Source: Aestuariivirga sp. (GTDB lineage Bacteria > Pseudomonadota > Alphaproteobacteria > Rhizobiales > Aestuariivirgaceae). Taken from it: 64,000 nucleotides of DNA. This document shows, piece by piece, positions 49,563 through 60,430 of this stretch. How positions within the stretch are numbered: position 1 is the first letter of the stretch; every line of letters begins with the position of its first letter. The DNA lies in the NCBI RefSeq assembly GCF_047600585.1, contig NZ_JASGKP010000001.1:3213823-3277822 (forward strand), given 5' to 3'. Below the pieces are notes generated by a model, which saw nothing but the letters and a program-made list of their open reading frames with translations, ran no database searches and was not told the origin of the DNA. Position numbers and translations under genes: made by a program.

Positions 49563-50305
49563 TTCTTCTCCTTGAGGGCGAGGCGGGCGGCTTCGAGATC
49601 GGCAGGGGATGCCACATGGAGCGGCAGGTTGTCGATCCTGACGACAGCCACCTTGAGCCCGTTGTCGAGGGCCCGCAGCATTTCCACGCCAAGCTGCCGT
49701 TCCCGTGGTGAGGGTGGCAGCCGGGCGAAGGTGTCGAGTGCAGGCCGGCGATAGGCATAGATGCCGACATGCTGAAAGAAGGGCGGCGGCTGGGTGATGG
49801 GCGGCTCGCGCAGGAAATCCCGGGCGAAGGCCACCTCGCGCTCGGCGAGGGGCGCGATCGCCTTGACGATGGCGGGATCATGCACCGCATCGGCCCCCGA
49901 AAGCGCCGCCGCCACCGTCGAGATGTCCACCGTCTCGTTGGTGAGGCCGGCGAGGCAGCGCTGCACCGAGAGGGGATCGACCACCGGAAGCCCTGCATCG
50001 AGATTGACCACATGGCTGTAACGGCCTTGCGGATCGCGCATGGAAAGGGCTGCGGCGACCCGGTCGCTGCCCGTGGCGTGGCCGCGCTCGGTGACGATGG
50101 CATCGCCGCCATGGGCCCTCACCGCCTCGGCGATCGGCAGGTCGGCGGCCGCCACCAGCACATGGCCGATCTTCGCCTCCATGGCCCGGCGCCAGACATG
50201 AACCACCAGCGGCACGCCCCAGATATCGGCCAACGGCCTCCCCGGGAGGTTGCGCGAGGCCAGCCGTGTGGGGATCACGATGATCGTATTTTGCTGTTCT
50301 ATCAT
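49559..50305 (-). CDS. kdsB: KdsB (CMP-Kdo synthetase) homolog with substituted catalytic residues
   Basis: Overall KdsB layout (TGSDRV, HVGIYAYRR) in the cycM-kdsB-pheA locus, but IPTRLASRNLPGRPL, NLDAGLP and HVASP replace the canonical motifs. Confidence 0.8.
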   Translation of the reverse strand: MIEQQNTIIVIPTRLASRNLPGRPLADIWGVPLVVHVWRRAMEAKIGHVLVAAADLPIAEAVRAHGGDAIVTERGHATGSDRVAAALSMRDPQGRYSHVVNLDAGLPVVDPLSVQRCLAGLTNETVDISTVAAALSGADAVHDPAIVKAIAPLAEREVAFARDFLREPPITQPPPFFQHVGIYAYRRPALDTFARLPPSPRERQLGVEMLRALDNGLKVAVVRIDNLPLHVASPADLEAARLALKEKK

Positions 50306-50416
50306 CAGGTTGGGCCGGGGCGCGGCAAATTGTGGCGCGTTGAGTTATAGATATTGCGGTGGCGGGGGCAAAGCATTAGTTAGTCGCGGCTGAACCAAAA
50401 GGGACTTGGGAATCGC

Positions 50417-50971
50417 ATGGACAGCTGGACTTTCAACAAGATCGCGGGCGCCGTTCTGGGCACAGCCCTGTTCGTCTTCGGCCTCGAGGCCGTCACGGGC
50501 GTGATCTTCCACCCCACGCCGGCCTCGGCCGACAAGCCGGGCATGGCCATTGAAGTGGCTGAAGCCACCCCGCCTGCCGGTGACGATGCGGCCCCCGCAG
50601 CGGAAGCGAAGTCGATCGGCACGCTTCTCGCCTCGGCCGATGCCACCAAGGGCGCCGCCGAAGCCAAGGCCTGTGCCGCCTGCCACGATCTCTCCAAGGC
50701 CAACACCAACAAGACCGGCCCCGGCCTCTGGGACGTGGTCGAGCGCCCGATGGGCAAGCATGAAGGCTACACCTACTCGGCCGGTTTCGCCGAGAAGGAC
50801 GGCCAGAACTGGACCTACGAGCACCTGAACACCTTCCTGACCAGCCCGAAGGCGTTCATCGCCGGCACCAAGATGGGCTTCGGCGGCATCAAGAACGACG
50901 CCAAGCGCGCCAACCTGATCGCCTATCTCGCCACCCTGTCGGACTCGCCGAAGCCGTTCCCGGCTCCTTGA
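50417..50971 (+). CDS. cycM: Membrane-anchored cytochrome c (CycM / c2 family)
   Basis: MDSWTFNKIAGAVLG anchor; CAACH heme motif; KTGPGLW; PGTKM-like GTKMGF. Confidence 0.92.
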   Translation: MDSWTFNKIAGAVLGTALFVFGLEAVTGVIFHPTPASADKPGMAIEVAEATPPAGDDAAPAAEAKSIGTLLASADATKGAAEAKACAACHDLSKANTNKTGPGLWDVVERPMGKHEGYTYSAGFAEKDGQNWTYEHLNTFLTSPKAFIAGTKMGFGGIKNDAKRANLIAYLATLSDSPKPFPAP

Positions 50972-50999
50972 TTCAGCCAGATTTGGGCCTCTTTCTTCG

Positions 51000-51030
51000 C
51001 ACCGGCGGCGCAACCGCCGGTGTTTTCTTT
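51000..51030 (+). terminator. Rho-independent terminator after cycM
   Basis: CACCGGCGG-CGCAA-CCGCCGGTG-TTTTCTTT. Confidence 0.8.
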
Positions 51031-51089
51031 TGGGCCCGCACCCGCGTAAAACAGGACCCGAATCAATGTCGAAAGGACGGCCACAGAAG

Positions 51090-52943
51090 ATGTTGACGCG
51101 CAGGCAGTTGTTGCAGCTTTCCGCCGTGGCACCCTTTGCGCCAGCCTTTGCGAGCCCGCTCCTCGCCGACGACCGCGTCTTCCGCCACGGCACCACGCTG
51201 TTCGAGAAACTCGCCTACGCGCCGGGCTTCACCGCCTTCGGCTATGTGAACGCCGCTGCACCCAAGGGCGGCAAGGTGAGGCTTGCGGCCCTCGGCAGCT
51301 TCGACAGCATCAATCCCTATACGATGAAGGGTGACCCGGCCAATCCGGGCGTCAACGAAACGCTGATGAAGCCCTCGCTCGATGAACCGTCGAGCGAATA
51401 CGGACTCCTCGCAGAGAGTGTCTGGTTCCCGGAGGATTACGGCAGTGTCGTCTATCGCCTGCGCCCGGAGGCGCGCTTCCACGACGGCGAAGCGGTGAAG
51501 CCGGAAGACGTGATCTTCTCCATGCAGTCGCTGAAGAAGAACAGCACGCAATACGCCGCCTACTACAAGAACGTCGACACGGTGGAGAAGACCGGCGACC
51601 ACGAGGTGACCTTCACATTCTCGATGAAGGGCAACCGCGAGCTGCCGCAGATCACCGGGCAGTTGCCGGTGCTTCCCAAGCACTGGTGGGAAGGCAAGGA
51701 CGCCAGCGGCAAACAGCGCGACGTTGCCAGCAACACGCTCGAACCCCTTCTCGGCTCCGGCCCCTACCAGATCGCCGCAGTGCGCCCCGGCCTCTCGATC
51801 AACGTGAAGCGCTTCGAGAACTACTGGGGCAAGGACCTGGCGGTGAACGCGGGCTACAGCAATTTCGACGAGATCGAGACCCAGTTCTACCAGGACCGCA
51901 ACATCCTGCTCGAGGCCTTCAAGGGCGACCAGTTCGACATCCAGTTGGAAAGCTCGTCCAAGCAGTGGGCGACGGGTTATGATTTTCCTGCCGCGAAGGA
52001 CGGCCGCGTCATCCGCGAGGAAATCCCTCGCCTCGGCGTCTCCGGCATGCAGGCCTGGGTGATGAACATCCGCCGTCCGCTCTTCGCCGACGTTCGCGTG
52101 CGCCGTGCTCTTGACCTCGCCTTCGACTTCGAATGGTCGAACGCCAACCTCTTCTATGGCCTCTACACGCGGAGCCGCAGCTACTTCAACAATTCCGAAC
52201 TCGAGGCAAAGGGCCTTCCGTCGGAAGCGGAACTCGCCCTTCTCGAACCCTTGCGCGACAAGGTTCCGTCCGAGGTCTTCACCACCGAATACACGAGCCC
52301 CAGCAACAAGACCCCGCAGGACCGGCGGAAGAACCTGCGCGCCGCGCAAGGCCTGCTTGCCGAAGCCGGCTGGAAGGCCGAGACATCCGGCAACAGGCAG
52401 GTGCTGAAGAACGCCAAGGGCGAGACCTTCGCCTTCACCATCACGCTCGACAGCGAAGCCTTCCAGCGCGTGGCGCTGCCTTACGTGGAGCAGCTTGCGC
52501 TCCTCGGCATCAACGCCAATGTCCGCCTCGTCGATGCCGCGCAGAACGAGCGCATCGAGGCGGAGTTCGATTACGACATGATCGTGGGAACATGGGGCCA
52601 GTCGCTTTCACCCGGCAACGAGCAGCGCGAGTTCTTCGGCAGCGAATTCGCCGACCAGAAGAAGAGCCGCAACCAGGTGGGCATCAAGAACCCCGCCATT
52701 GACGCGCTCATCGACAAGATCGTATCGGCGCCCGACCGCGCCTCCCTCATCACCGCCTGCCGCGCCATGGACCGGGTGCTGATGTGGAACCACTATGTCG
52801 TTCCCATGTGGTTCAAGGCCGCCGACTGGATCGCCTACTGGAAGCGGGTGAAGCATCCAGACAAGATGCCGGGCTATTCGCCGGGCTATCCCGACATCTG
52901 GTGGTTCGACGCCGAGGCCGCCGCGACGATGAAGAAGGTCTGA
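51090..52943 (+). CDS. yejA: Peptide ABC substrate-binding protein YejA (Tat signal)
   Basis: MLTRRQLL signal; [10 protein letters not shown]; FDSINPY; [16 protein letters not shown]. Confidence 0.9.
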   Translation: MLTRRQLLQLSAVAPFAPAFASPLLADDRVFRHGTTLFEKLAYAPGFTAFGYVNAAAPKGGKVRLAALGSFDSINPYTMKGDPANPGVNETLMKPSLDEPSSEYGLLAESVWFPEDYGSVVYRLRPEARFHDGEAVKPEDVIFSMQSLKKNSTQYAAYYKNVDTVEKTGDHEVTFTFSMKGNRELPQITGQLPVLPKHWWEGKDASGKQRDVASNTLEPLLGSGPYQIAAVRPGLSINVKRFENYWGKDLAVNAGYSNFDEIETQFYQDRNILLEAFKGDQFDIQLESSSKQWATGYDFPAAKDGRVIREEIPRLGVSGMQAWVMNIRRPLFADVRVRRALDLAFDFEWSNANLFYGLYTRSRSYFNNSELEAKGLPSEAELALLEPLRDKVPSEVFTTEYTSPSNKTPQDRRKNLRAAQGLLAEAGWKAETSGNRQVLKNAKGETFAFTITLDSEAFQRVALPYVEQLALLGINANVRLVDAAQNERIEAEFDYDMIVGTWGQSLSPGNEQREFFGSEFADQKKSRNQVGIKNPAIDALIDKIVSAPDRASLITACRAMDRVLMWNHYVVPMWFKAADWIAYWKRVKHPDKMPGYSPGYPDIWWFDAEAAATMKKV

Positions 52944-52950
52944 CCCCTCG

Positions 52951-54039
52951 ATGGGCGCCTATATCCTCAAACGCCTGCTGCTGATGATCCCGACGCTGCT
53001 CGGCGTCATGCTGCTCACCTTCGTTGTGGTGCAGTTCGTGCCGGGCGGCCCCATCGAGCAGATCATCTCGCAGCTCGACAACCAGGGTGACGCCAATTCG
53101 CGCCTGGGCGGCGGCGGAAATGAGCTGCAGAATCAGGACGCTGGCGGCGTCACCTCGAAGTACCGCGGCGCGCAGGGCCTCGATCCCGAGTTCATCAAGT
53201 CGCTGGAAAAGCAGTTCGGCTTCGACAAGCCCGCCCACGAGCGATTTTTCAAGCTGGTGAAGGACTACGCCACCTTCGACTTCGGCAAGAGCTACTTCAC
53301 CGACAAGACCGTGATCGAGCTGATCAAGGAGAAGATGCCGGTATCGATCTCGCTCGGCCTCTGGCTCACCCTCATCACCTATCTCGTGTCCATTCCGCTC
53401 GGCATCAAGAAGGCGGTGAACGACGGCTCCACCTTCGACGTGTGGACGTCCGCCGTCATCATCGTGGGATATGCCATCCCGAGCTTCATCTTCGCCATCA
53501 TCCTGATCGTGCTCTTTGCCGGCGGCAGCTACTGGGACATCTTCCCGCTCCGCGGCCTCACCTCCGACAATTTCAACGAGCTCTCCTGGTGGGGCAAGAT
53601 CAAGGACTATGCCTGGCACCTCGTGCTGCCGCTCACTGCCCTCGGCATCAGCGGCTTCGCCACCATGACGCTTCTCACCAAGAACTCCTTCCTGGATGAA
53701 ATCCGCAAGCAGTACGTGACGACCGCGCGCGCCAAGGGCCTGACCGAGCGGCAGGTGCTCTATGGCCACGTCTTCCGCAACGCCATGCTGCTGGTGATCT
53801 CGGGCTTCCCCGGCGCCTTCCTTGCCGCCTTCTTCTCGGGCTCGCTCCTCATCGAATTCGTCTTCTCGCTCGACGGGCTCGGCTATCTCACCTGGAAATC
53901 GGCGGTGAACCGGGACTATCCTGTCGTCTTCGCCAATCTCTACATCTTCACACTGCTTGGCCTCATCGTGGCGCTGATCAGCGACCTCACCTACACTTGG
54001 ATCGATCCCCGCATCGATTTCGAGTCGCGGGAGACCTGA
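52951..54039 (+). CDS. yejB: Peptide ABC permease YejB
   Basis: [41 protein letters not shown]. Confidence 0.92.
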   Translation: MGAYILKRLLLMIPTLLGVMLLTFVVVQFVPGGPIEQIISQLDNQGDANSRLGGGGNELQNQDAGGVTSKYRGAQGLDPEFIKSLEKQFGFDKPAHERFFKLVKDYATFDFGKSYFTDKTVIELIKEKMPVSISLGLWLTLITYLVSIPLGIKKAVNDGSTFDVWTSAVIIVGYAIPSFIFAIILIVLFAGGSYWDIFPLRGLTSDNFNELSWWGKIKDYAWHLVLPLTALGISGFATMTLLTKNSFLDEIRKQYVTTARAKGLTERQVLYGHVFRNAMLLVISGFPGAFLAAFFSGSLLIEFVFSLDGLGYLTWKSAVNRDYPVVFANLYIFTLLGLIVALISDLTYTWIDPRIDFESRET

Positions 54040-55142
54040 TGGCGCTCATCAAGCTCTCACGGCTCAACCAACGGCGCTGGCAGCTCTTCCGCCGCAACAA
54101 GCGGGGCTACTGGTCCTTCGTCGTCTTCATGATCCTCTTCGTGCTGTCGATCTTCGCGCCCTTCATCGCGAACGACAGGCCGATCATCGCCTCCTACAAG
54201 GGCGAGCTGCTCTATCCGCTGCTTGTCGATTATCCCGAGAGCAAGTTCGGCGGCTTCCTCGCGGTCACGGATTTCCGTGATCCCGTCAACGCCGACGAGA
54301 TCAATGCCAATGGCTGGATGGTCTGGCCGCCGATCCGCTATTCCTACGGCACGGTGAACCGCGAACTGCCGTCGCCTGCGCCCTCGCGGCCGGCCTTCCT
54401 CATGCACGAGGACCTCGCCTGTGCGAAGTATCCGCTGCAGGCGGAAGACCCGCAGTGCGTCTTCGGCAACATGAACTGGCTTGGCACCGACGACCAGGGC
54501 CGCGACGTTCTCGCCCGCCTCATCTACGGCTTCCGCATCTCGGTTGCCTTCGGCCTCATCCTCACCTTCATTTCCTCGGTGATCGGCGTCGCCGCGGGCG
54601 CGGTGCAGGGTTACTTCGGCGGCTGGACCGACCTTCTCTTCCAGCGCTTCATCGACATCTGGTCGTCGATGCCGACACTCTATCTGCTGATCATCCTTGC
54701 CGCCTTCGTGACGCCGAGTTTCTGGCTGCTGCTCTTCATTCTCGCGCTGTTCTCGTGGACCGGGCTTGTGGGCGTGGTGCGCGCCGAATTCCTGCGCGCC
54801 CGCAACTTCGAATATGTGCGCGCCGCGAAGGCGCTGGGCCTCAGCGACCTGCAGATCATGGTGCGCCACGTGCTGCCCAATGCGCTTGTCTCCACCGTCA
54901 CCTTCATGCCCTTCATCCTCTCGGGCTCGGTGACGACGCTGACGGCGCTTGATCTTCTGGGCTTCGGCCTGCCGCCCGGCTCCGCTTCGCTCGGTGAAAT
55001 GGTGCAGCAGGGCAAGGACAACCTCTTTGCGCCGTGGCTCGGCTTCACCGCCTTTTTCGTCACCTCGATCCTGCTCACCCTCCTCGTCTTCATCGGCGAG
55101 GCGGTGCGTGATGCGCTCGATCCGCGGAAGACCTTCGCATGA
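54039..55142 (+). CDS. yejE: Peptide ABC permease YejE
   Basis: RRWQLFRRNKRGYWS, LGTDDQGRDVLARLIYGFR, GEAVRDALDPRK. Confidence 0.92.
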   Translation: MALIKLSRLNQRRWQLFRRNKRGYWSFVVFMILFVLSIFAPFIANDRPIIASYKGELLYPLLVDYPESKFGGFLAVTDFRDPVNADEINANGWMVWPPIRYSYGTVNRELPSPAPSRPAFLMHEDLACAKYPLQAEDPQCVFGNMNWLGTDDQGRDVLARLIYGFRISVAFGLILTFISSVIGVAAGAVQGYFGGWTDLLFQRFIDIWSSMPTLYLLIILAAFVTPSFWLLLFILALFSWTGLVGVVRAEFLRARNFEYVRAAKALGLSDLQIMVRHVLPNALVSTVTFMPFILSGSVTTLTALDLLGFGLPPGSASLGEMVQQGKDNLFAPWLGFTAFFVTSILLTLLVFIGEAVRDALDPRKTFA

Positions 55143-56761
55143 CGGCGCTCCTCGAGGTGAAGGACCTGTCCGTCGCCTTCCGCCAGGGCGGCGTGGAGAC
55201 GCTCGCCGTCGATCACGTCTCCTTCTCCGTGAACAAGGGCGAGACGCTGGCGCTGGTGGGTGAAAGCGGCTCCGGCAAGTCGGTGAGCGCGCTTTCCATC
55301 CTGAAGCTGCTCGCCTATCCCGCCGCCTCGCACCCCTCGGGCGAAATCCGGTTCAAGGGCGAGAACCTGCTCGCCAAGGATGATGCGGCGCTCCGCCGGG
55401 TGCGCGGCAACGACATCACCATGATCTTCCAGGAGCCGATGACCTCGCTCAATCCGCTGCACACGGTGGAGCGGCAGATCGGCGAGATCCTCGACATCCA
55501 TCAGGGCCTCACCGGCCCCGCCGCCCGCGCCCGCATCGTAGAGCTTCTCGGCAAGGTCGGCATCCGCGACCCCGAGGGCCGCCTGCAGGATTATCCGCAC
55601 CAGCTCTCGGGCGGCCAGCGCCAGCGCGTGATGATCGCCATGGCCCTTGCCAACAAGCCGGAACTGCTGATCGCCGACGAACCGACAACGGCGCTCGACG
55701 TCACGGTGCAGGCGCAGATCCTCAAGCTGCTGAAGGACCTGCAGGCCGAGTTCGGTATGGCGCTGCTCCTCATCACCCATGATCTCGGCATCGTGCGCCA
55801 CATGGCCGACAAGGTCTGCGTCATGCAGAAGGGCAAGGTGGTGGAACAGGGCGAGGCCAAGGCGCTCTTCGCCGCTCCGCAACACGCCTACACGAAGATG
55901 CTATTGGCGGCAGAGCCCAAAGGTGCGCCGCCGCCCGTGAAGCCCGACGCCGAGGTGATTGCGGAAGCGAAGAACTTGAAGGTCTGGTTTCCCATCCGCC
56001 GCGGCTTCCTCCGCAAGACCATCGGCCACATCAAGGCGGTGGATGGGCTCGATTGCCAGGTGAAGGCGGGCCAGACGCTGGCCATCGTCGGCGAAAGCGG
56101 TTCCGGCAAGACCACGCTGGGCCTTGCCATGCTCCGGCTCATTTCATCCAAGGGCGAAATCCTGTTCCGGGGCCGCCGCATCGACGGCCTGAACAGCAAG
56201 GAGATGCGGCCGCTGCGCAAGGACATGCAGATCGTCTTCCAGGATCCGTTCGGATCGCTGAGCCCGCGCATGTCGATCGTGCAGATCGTGGAAGAAGGCC
56301 TGCGCATCCAGAACCCTGCCCTCTCGGACGATGAGCGGCGCGAGCGGGTGGCGCAATCGCTCACCGAGGTAGGGCTCGATCCCGCCGCCATGGACCGCTA
56401 CCCCCACGAATTCTCGGGCGGCCAGCGCCAGCGCATCGCCATTGCGCGCGCCCTTGCGCTTGATCCGCGCTTCATCATGCTGGACGAGCCTACGTCCGCC
56501 CTCGACATGTCGGTGCAGGCGCAGGTGGTCGATCTCCTGCGCAATCTGCAACAGAAGCACAACCTCGGCTTCCTCTTCATCAGCCATGATCTGAAGGTGG
56601 TGCGGGCGCTCGCCAACGAGGTGATCGTGCTGAGGAACGGCACCGTGGTGGAGCGCGGGCCGGCGAAGCAGATTTTCGAGAGCCCGCAGGACCCCTATAC
56701 CAAGGCGCTGCTCGCCGCCGCCCTCAACCTCAAGGCCAGCGAAGGAGCCGTGAAGCAATGA
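55139..56761 (+). CDS. yejF: Peptide ABC ATP-binding protein YejF (two NBDs)
   Basis: Two GESGSGK Walker A motifs, [24 protein letters not shown]. Confidence 0.93.
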   Translation: MTALLEVKDLSVAFRQGGVETLAVDHVSFSVNKGETLALVGESGSGKSVSALSILKLLAYPAASHPSGEIRFKGENLLAKDDAALRRVRGNDITMIFQEPMTSLNPLHTVERQIGEILDIHQGLTGPAARARIVELLGKVGIRDPEGRLQDYPHQLSGGQRQRVMIAMALANKPELLIADEPTTALDVTVQAQILKLLKDLQAEFGMALLLITHDLGIVRHMADKVCVMQKGKVVEQGEAKALFAAPQHAYTKMLLAAEPKGAPPPVKPDAEVIAEAKNLKVWFPIRRGFLRKTIGHIKAVDGLDCQVKAGQTLAIVGESGSGKTTLGLAMLRLISSKGEILFRGRRIDGLNSKEMRPLRKDMQIVFQDPFGSLSPRMSIVQIVEEGLRIQNPALSDDERRERVAQSLTEVGLDPAAMDRYPHEFSGGQRQRIAIARALALDPRFIMLDEPTSALDMSVQAQVVDLLRNLQQKHNLGFLFISHDLKVVRALANEVIVLRNGTVVERGPAKQIFESPQDPYTKALLAAALNLKASEGAVKQ

Positions 56762-57705
56762 GTTCGTTTCTGTTCGTGACACCCACATGGGATGGCCAGC
56801 AGTGGGCTGCGGAAATGCGCAAGGCTGCCCCCGCCATGGATGTGCGGGTGTGGCCGGAGATGGGCGATCCCGCCACCATCGATTACGTGGCAGCCTGGCT
56901 GCCGCCTCCCAATGTGGTGAAGTCGCTCGTGAACCTGAAGGTGATCTTCTCGCTGGGTGCAGGCGTGGATGCCATCCTCAAGGACCCGACGCTGCCGGAG
57001 AAGACGCCGATCGTCCGTGTCAACGATCCCGACCTCACCATGCGCATGACGGAATACATCGTGCTCCATGTGCTGATGCACCACCGCCAACAGCGCCGCC
57101 TCGACGAGAACCAGAAAAGGCACCTGTGGGACAGTTTCCCGACCCATGCGGCAAGCGGCCTTCGCGTCGGCATCATGGGGCTTGGTGTCCTCGGTCAGGA
57201 TGCGGCCACGAAGCTTGCCATGCTCGGCTTCAAGGTGGCGGGCTGGAGCCGCACGCCGAAACACATCGAGGGCGTGCAGTGCTATTCCGGCGCGGGCGGC
57301 CTCGACACCTTCCTCGCCCGCACCGATGTCCTGGTCTCGCTCCTCCCCGCCACGGCGGAGACTGACGGCATTCTCAACCGCGCGCTCATCCGCAAGCTTG
57401 CCCGCAGCGGGCCCTTCGGTGCGCCCATCCTGATCAATGCGGGCCGCGGCCGCCAGCAGAACGAGGACGAGCTTCTCGCCGCCCTCGATGCGGGCGAACT
57501 CCATGCCGCGACACTCGACGTTTTCCGCACCGAACCGCTGCCGAAAGAGAGCCGCTTCTGGACGCATCCCAAGGTGACGCTCACCCCGCACATCGCGGCC
57601 GACTCCGATCCCGCCGTCATTTGCCAGTATGTGGCACAGCAGATCGCGGTCTACGAAAAGACCGGACAACTCTCCAACCTCGTGGACCGGGCGCGGGGCT
57701 ATTGA
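56758..57705 (+). CDS. ghrA: Glyoxylate/hydroxypyruvate reductase A (D-2-hydroxyacid dehydrogenase)
   Basis: FSLGAGVD, MTEY, VGIMGLGVLG, INAGRG, LDVFRTEPL, TPHIAA. Confidence 0.88.
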   Translation: MSSFLFVTPTWDGQQWAAEMRKAAPAMDVRVWPEMGDPATIDYVAAWLPPPNVVKSLVNLKVIFSLGAGVDAILKDPTLPEKTPIVRVNDPDLTMRMTEYIVLHVLMHHRQQRRLDENQKRHLWDSFPTHAASGLRVGIMGLGVLGQDAATKLAMLGFKVAGWSRTPKHIEGVQCYSGAGGLDTFLARTDVLVSLLPATAETDGILNRALIRKLARSGPFGAPILINAGRGRQQNEDELLAALDAGELHAATLDVFRTEPLPKESRFWTHPKVTLTPHIAADSDPAVICQYVAQQIAVYEKTGQLSNLVDRARGY

Positions 57706-57758
57706 CCCGTTTCAAGCCTCTGTGACGGCTCCGCCACAGCCCATTGATCTTGCAGCTT

Positions 57759-58604
57759 TTATCCCAGCCGTTTGATGCTGGTGACGGGCTTGCCCTTGGC
57801 TTCGATACGGGCCACGGCCTCGGCCAGCGGTTCGATCACCACGAGCATGTCGCTGCCGTTGGCATGCAGCAGCATGGTGCTGTCGGTCATGATGCCGACA
57901 TGGCCATCCCAGAACACGAGATCACCGCGGCGCAGGGCCTCGCCTTTTTTCAGCGCGGCGCCGAGCGTCTGTTCCTGCATGTCGCTGTCACGTGGTGCAT
58001 CGTGACCGACCGCATGGAGCGACACCTGCACGAGGCCCGAGCAATCGAGCCCGCGCGCGGTCTTGCCGCCCCAGTAGTAGGGCGCATGGAGAAAGCGTTC
58101 GGCCACACTCACGAAGTCGCCGCGGCCCGATCCCACGGGTGCGAGATGTTTGGTGAAGATGAAACCGCCGCCCGCGAGTGCGCTGTAGTCCTTCTCGGTG
58201 CCGGTGACGGCGACGCGCGCCAGCATGGGGAGGGTGGCGGCATCCTGCGACTTGAGATCGGCCTTGGGGTAAACGAACGTCGAGGGCGTCACCACCTCGT
58301 GGGTCGCGGCGGCACCCGGTGCCTCCAGCAGTGCCGACCGGATGTAGCCCACGTAGCCGTCGCGGGCGAGCTTCACCCAGCTCCAGCCGTTGGCATCATC
58401 GAAGACGGTGAGCCGTTCACCCGGCAGCGCCTCGGTCAGCTGCATGGCGGCGTCATCGGGCTGGCGGCGGAGCGAAGCAACGGCACGGCCCACCTGCATG
58501 GGGCGGCCCTCCACGAAGCGTTCGGCCTCGATTCGGCCCCGCAACGAGACCTCGGCGAGGTCGGGACGGTAGGCGTTCAGGCGTTTGTCGAGCGTGCTCA
58601 TCAC
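57759..58604 (-). CDS. NlpC/P60 (C40) peptidase with SH3 domains
   Basis: LDKRLNAYRPDLA, PYYWGG, GLDCSGLVQ, GHVGI, LLHANG. Confidence 0.92.
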   Translation of the reverse strand: MMSTLDKRLNAYRPDLAEVSLRGRIEAERFVEGRPMQVGRAVASLRRQPDDAAMQLTEALPGERLTVFDDANGWSWVKLARDGYVGYIRSALLEAPGAAATHEVVTPSTFVYPKADLKSQDAATLPMLARVAVTGTEKDYSALAGGGFIFTKHLAPVGSGRGDFVSVAERFLHAPYYWGGKTARGLDCSGLVQVSLHAVGHDAPRDSDMQEQTLGAALKKGEALRRGDLVFWDGHVGIMTDSTMLLHANGSDMLVVIEPLAEAVARIEAKGKPVTSIKRLG

Positions 58605-58945
58605 ATGGTTTCCGAAGTCTGTCCGATCAGGTCACCCAGCCGTTCCAGATAAAGCACACCCTTTACCGTTCGTTGAACAAGCACGTTGCGCTTGTCCTTC
58701 TCGTCGCGGCGGCGGCTGACGAGGCCGAGCTTGCCCATGCTGTCGAGGGCCCGTGTGATCACCGGCTTCGTCACCTTGAGCTTGGCGGCAAGGCCTCGCA
58801 CCGTGTGCGGCGGCGCTTCGAGATAGACGGTGAGCATCACGCTCATCTGCCGCACCGAGAGATCCGGTTCGTCATCATGGACGAGCGCCAGGTGCACGTC
58901 GTGCCAGAGCTTCATGCTCTGGGCGGGGGTGAGGCGGTGGGGCAT
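58601..58945 (-). CDS. MarR family transcriptional regulator
   Basis: DLSVRQMSVMLTVYLEAPPHTVRGLAAKLKVTKPVITRALD...DKRN. Confidence 0.9.
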   Translation of the reverse strand: MPHRLTPAQSMKLWHDVHLALVHDDEPDLSVRQMSVMLTVYLEAPPHTVRGLAAKLKVTKPVITRALDSMGKLGLVSRRRDEKDKRNVLVQRTVKGVLYLERLGDLIGQTSETM

Positions 58946-59013
58946 GGGCCAGTCTGGTCCGGACCAGTTTGTTTCGGGTCCGGATCATTCTCCAAAAGGC
59001 CCCGGCCTGCAAG

Positions 59014-60393
59014 TCACTTTCCGTAGCGCTCTTTGAGGAGTGCGAAGACGGCCCGGAGCGCCTGCGCCTCGCCGCCCTTGGGGCGTCCGGGCTTTGCCGT
59101 CGGTGTCCAGGCGAAGATGTCGAAGTGCACATAGGCCTTCGCCGCCTCGACGAAGCGGCGGAGGAACAGCGCCGCGGTGATCGACCCGGCGAAGCCGCCT
59201 GCCCCTGCATTGTTGAGGTCGGCGAGCGGTGTTTCGATCATGCTGAAATAGGCCCGCCAGAGGGGCAGCCGCCAGAGCGGATCATTGACCGCGAAGGCAT
59301 GGCGCGAGAGGTCGGCGGCCAGCGTCTCGTCATCGGTGAAGAAGGGCGGCAGGTCCGGGCCGGTCGCCACGCGCGCCGCTCCCGTGAGGGTTGCCATGTC
59401 GAGCAGCAGTTCGGGCTTCTCCTCGTCTGCGAGCGCCAGCGCATCGGCGAGAATGAGGCGGCCCTCGGCGTCGGTGTTGCCGATCTCGACCGTCAGGCCC
59501 TTCCGCGACTTGAAGATGTCGCCCGGCCGGAAGGCATCGCCGGCGATGGCATTTTCAACTGCAGGAACAAGGACGCGGAGCCTGACCTTCAGTCCCGCCT
59601 CCATGATGAGGCGGGCGAGGCCCAGCACGTTTGCAGCCCCGCCCATGTCCTTCTTCATCAGCAGCATGGAGGACGACGGCTTTATGTCGAGACCGCCCGT
59701 GTCGAAGACGACGCCCTTGCCGACGATCGTCACCTTCGGATCGCTCGCCTTGCCCCAGGTGATGTCGATGAGGCGGGGTTTTCGGGTGGACGCCGCACCC
59801 ACCGCATGGATGAGCGGGAAGCCCTTCTCGAGAGCGGCACCGCTCACCACGGTGATCTTCGCCTTGTGGGATTTCGCAAGGGCGCGGGCATCGCGCTCCA
59901 GTTCGTCGGGGCCGAAGAGGTTGGCAGGCGTGTTCACCTGGTCGCGCACCGCGAAGATGGTGTTGGCGATCATCACGGCCTCGTCGGCCAGCGCCTTCGA
60001 GGGCAGCACCAGTTCCGCCATCTTCACCTTGGTGGTGCGGAAGGGGTCGTACTTGTAGAGCTCGCCTGCCCAGCCCAGCGCCACGGAGAGTGTGGCGGCC
60101 TTCTTGTCGGCGAAGGCATAGCGGCCTTCCGGCAGGCGCGCCGCAATGGCACCCAGCGCAAAGGGATCGTCCCGCTCGGCGGGTGCTCCGACGATCACCG
60201 CTTCGGCCCCACCCTTCTTGCCGGGCACGACGAGAAGGGCGAGCGGGGCCGCCTCATAGGCGTGGGTCCTGGCCCAGCCCTGCGCCGCCTCGCCCAGGCC
60301 CGCCTTGAAGGAGGCCCAGTCCGCCTTCGCCACCACATGGATGGGAGTGGCAGCACCACCCGGCGGCAGGAGAAGTTTTCGCGCATCGATCAT
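59014..60393 (-). CDS. M17 leucyl aminopeptidase family protein
   Basis: VGKGVVFDTGGLDIK, MKKDMGGAA, NTDAEGRL, ATLTGA; start trimmed. Confidence 0.94.
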   Translation of the reverse strand: MIDARKLLLPPGGAATPIHVVAKADWASFKAGLGEAAQGWARTHAYEAAPLALLVVPGKKGGAEAVIVGAPAERDDPFALGAIAARLPEGRYAFADKKAATLSVALGWAGELYKYDPFRTTKVKMAELVLPSKALADEAVMIANTIFAVRDQVNTPANLFGPDELERDARALAKSHKAKITVVSGAALEKGFPLIHAVGAASTRKPRLIDITWGKASDPKVTIVGKGVVFDTGGLDIKPSSSMLLMKKDMGGAANVLGLARLIMEAGLKVRLRVLVPAVENAIAGDAFRPGDIFKSRKGLTVEIGNTDAEGRLILADALALADEEKPELLLDMATLTGAARVATGPDLPPFFTDDETLAADLSRHAFAVNDPLWRLPLWRAYFSMIETPLADLNNAGAGGFAGSITAALFLRRFVEAAKAYVHFDIFAWTPTAKPGRPKGGEAQALRAVFALLKERYGK

Positions 60394-60430
60394 GGGAGAG
60401 TTCCTGTTCAGTGAGGCCGCGCCTGCCCAA

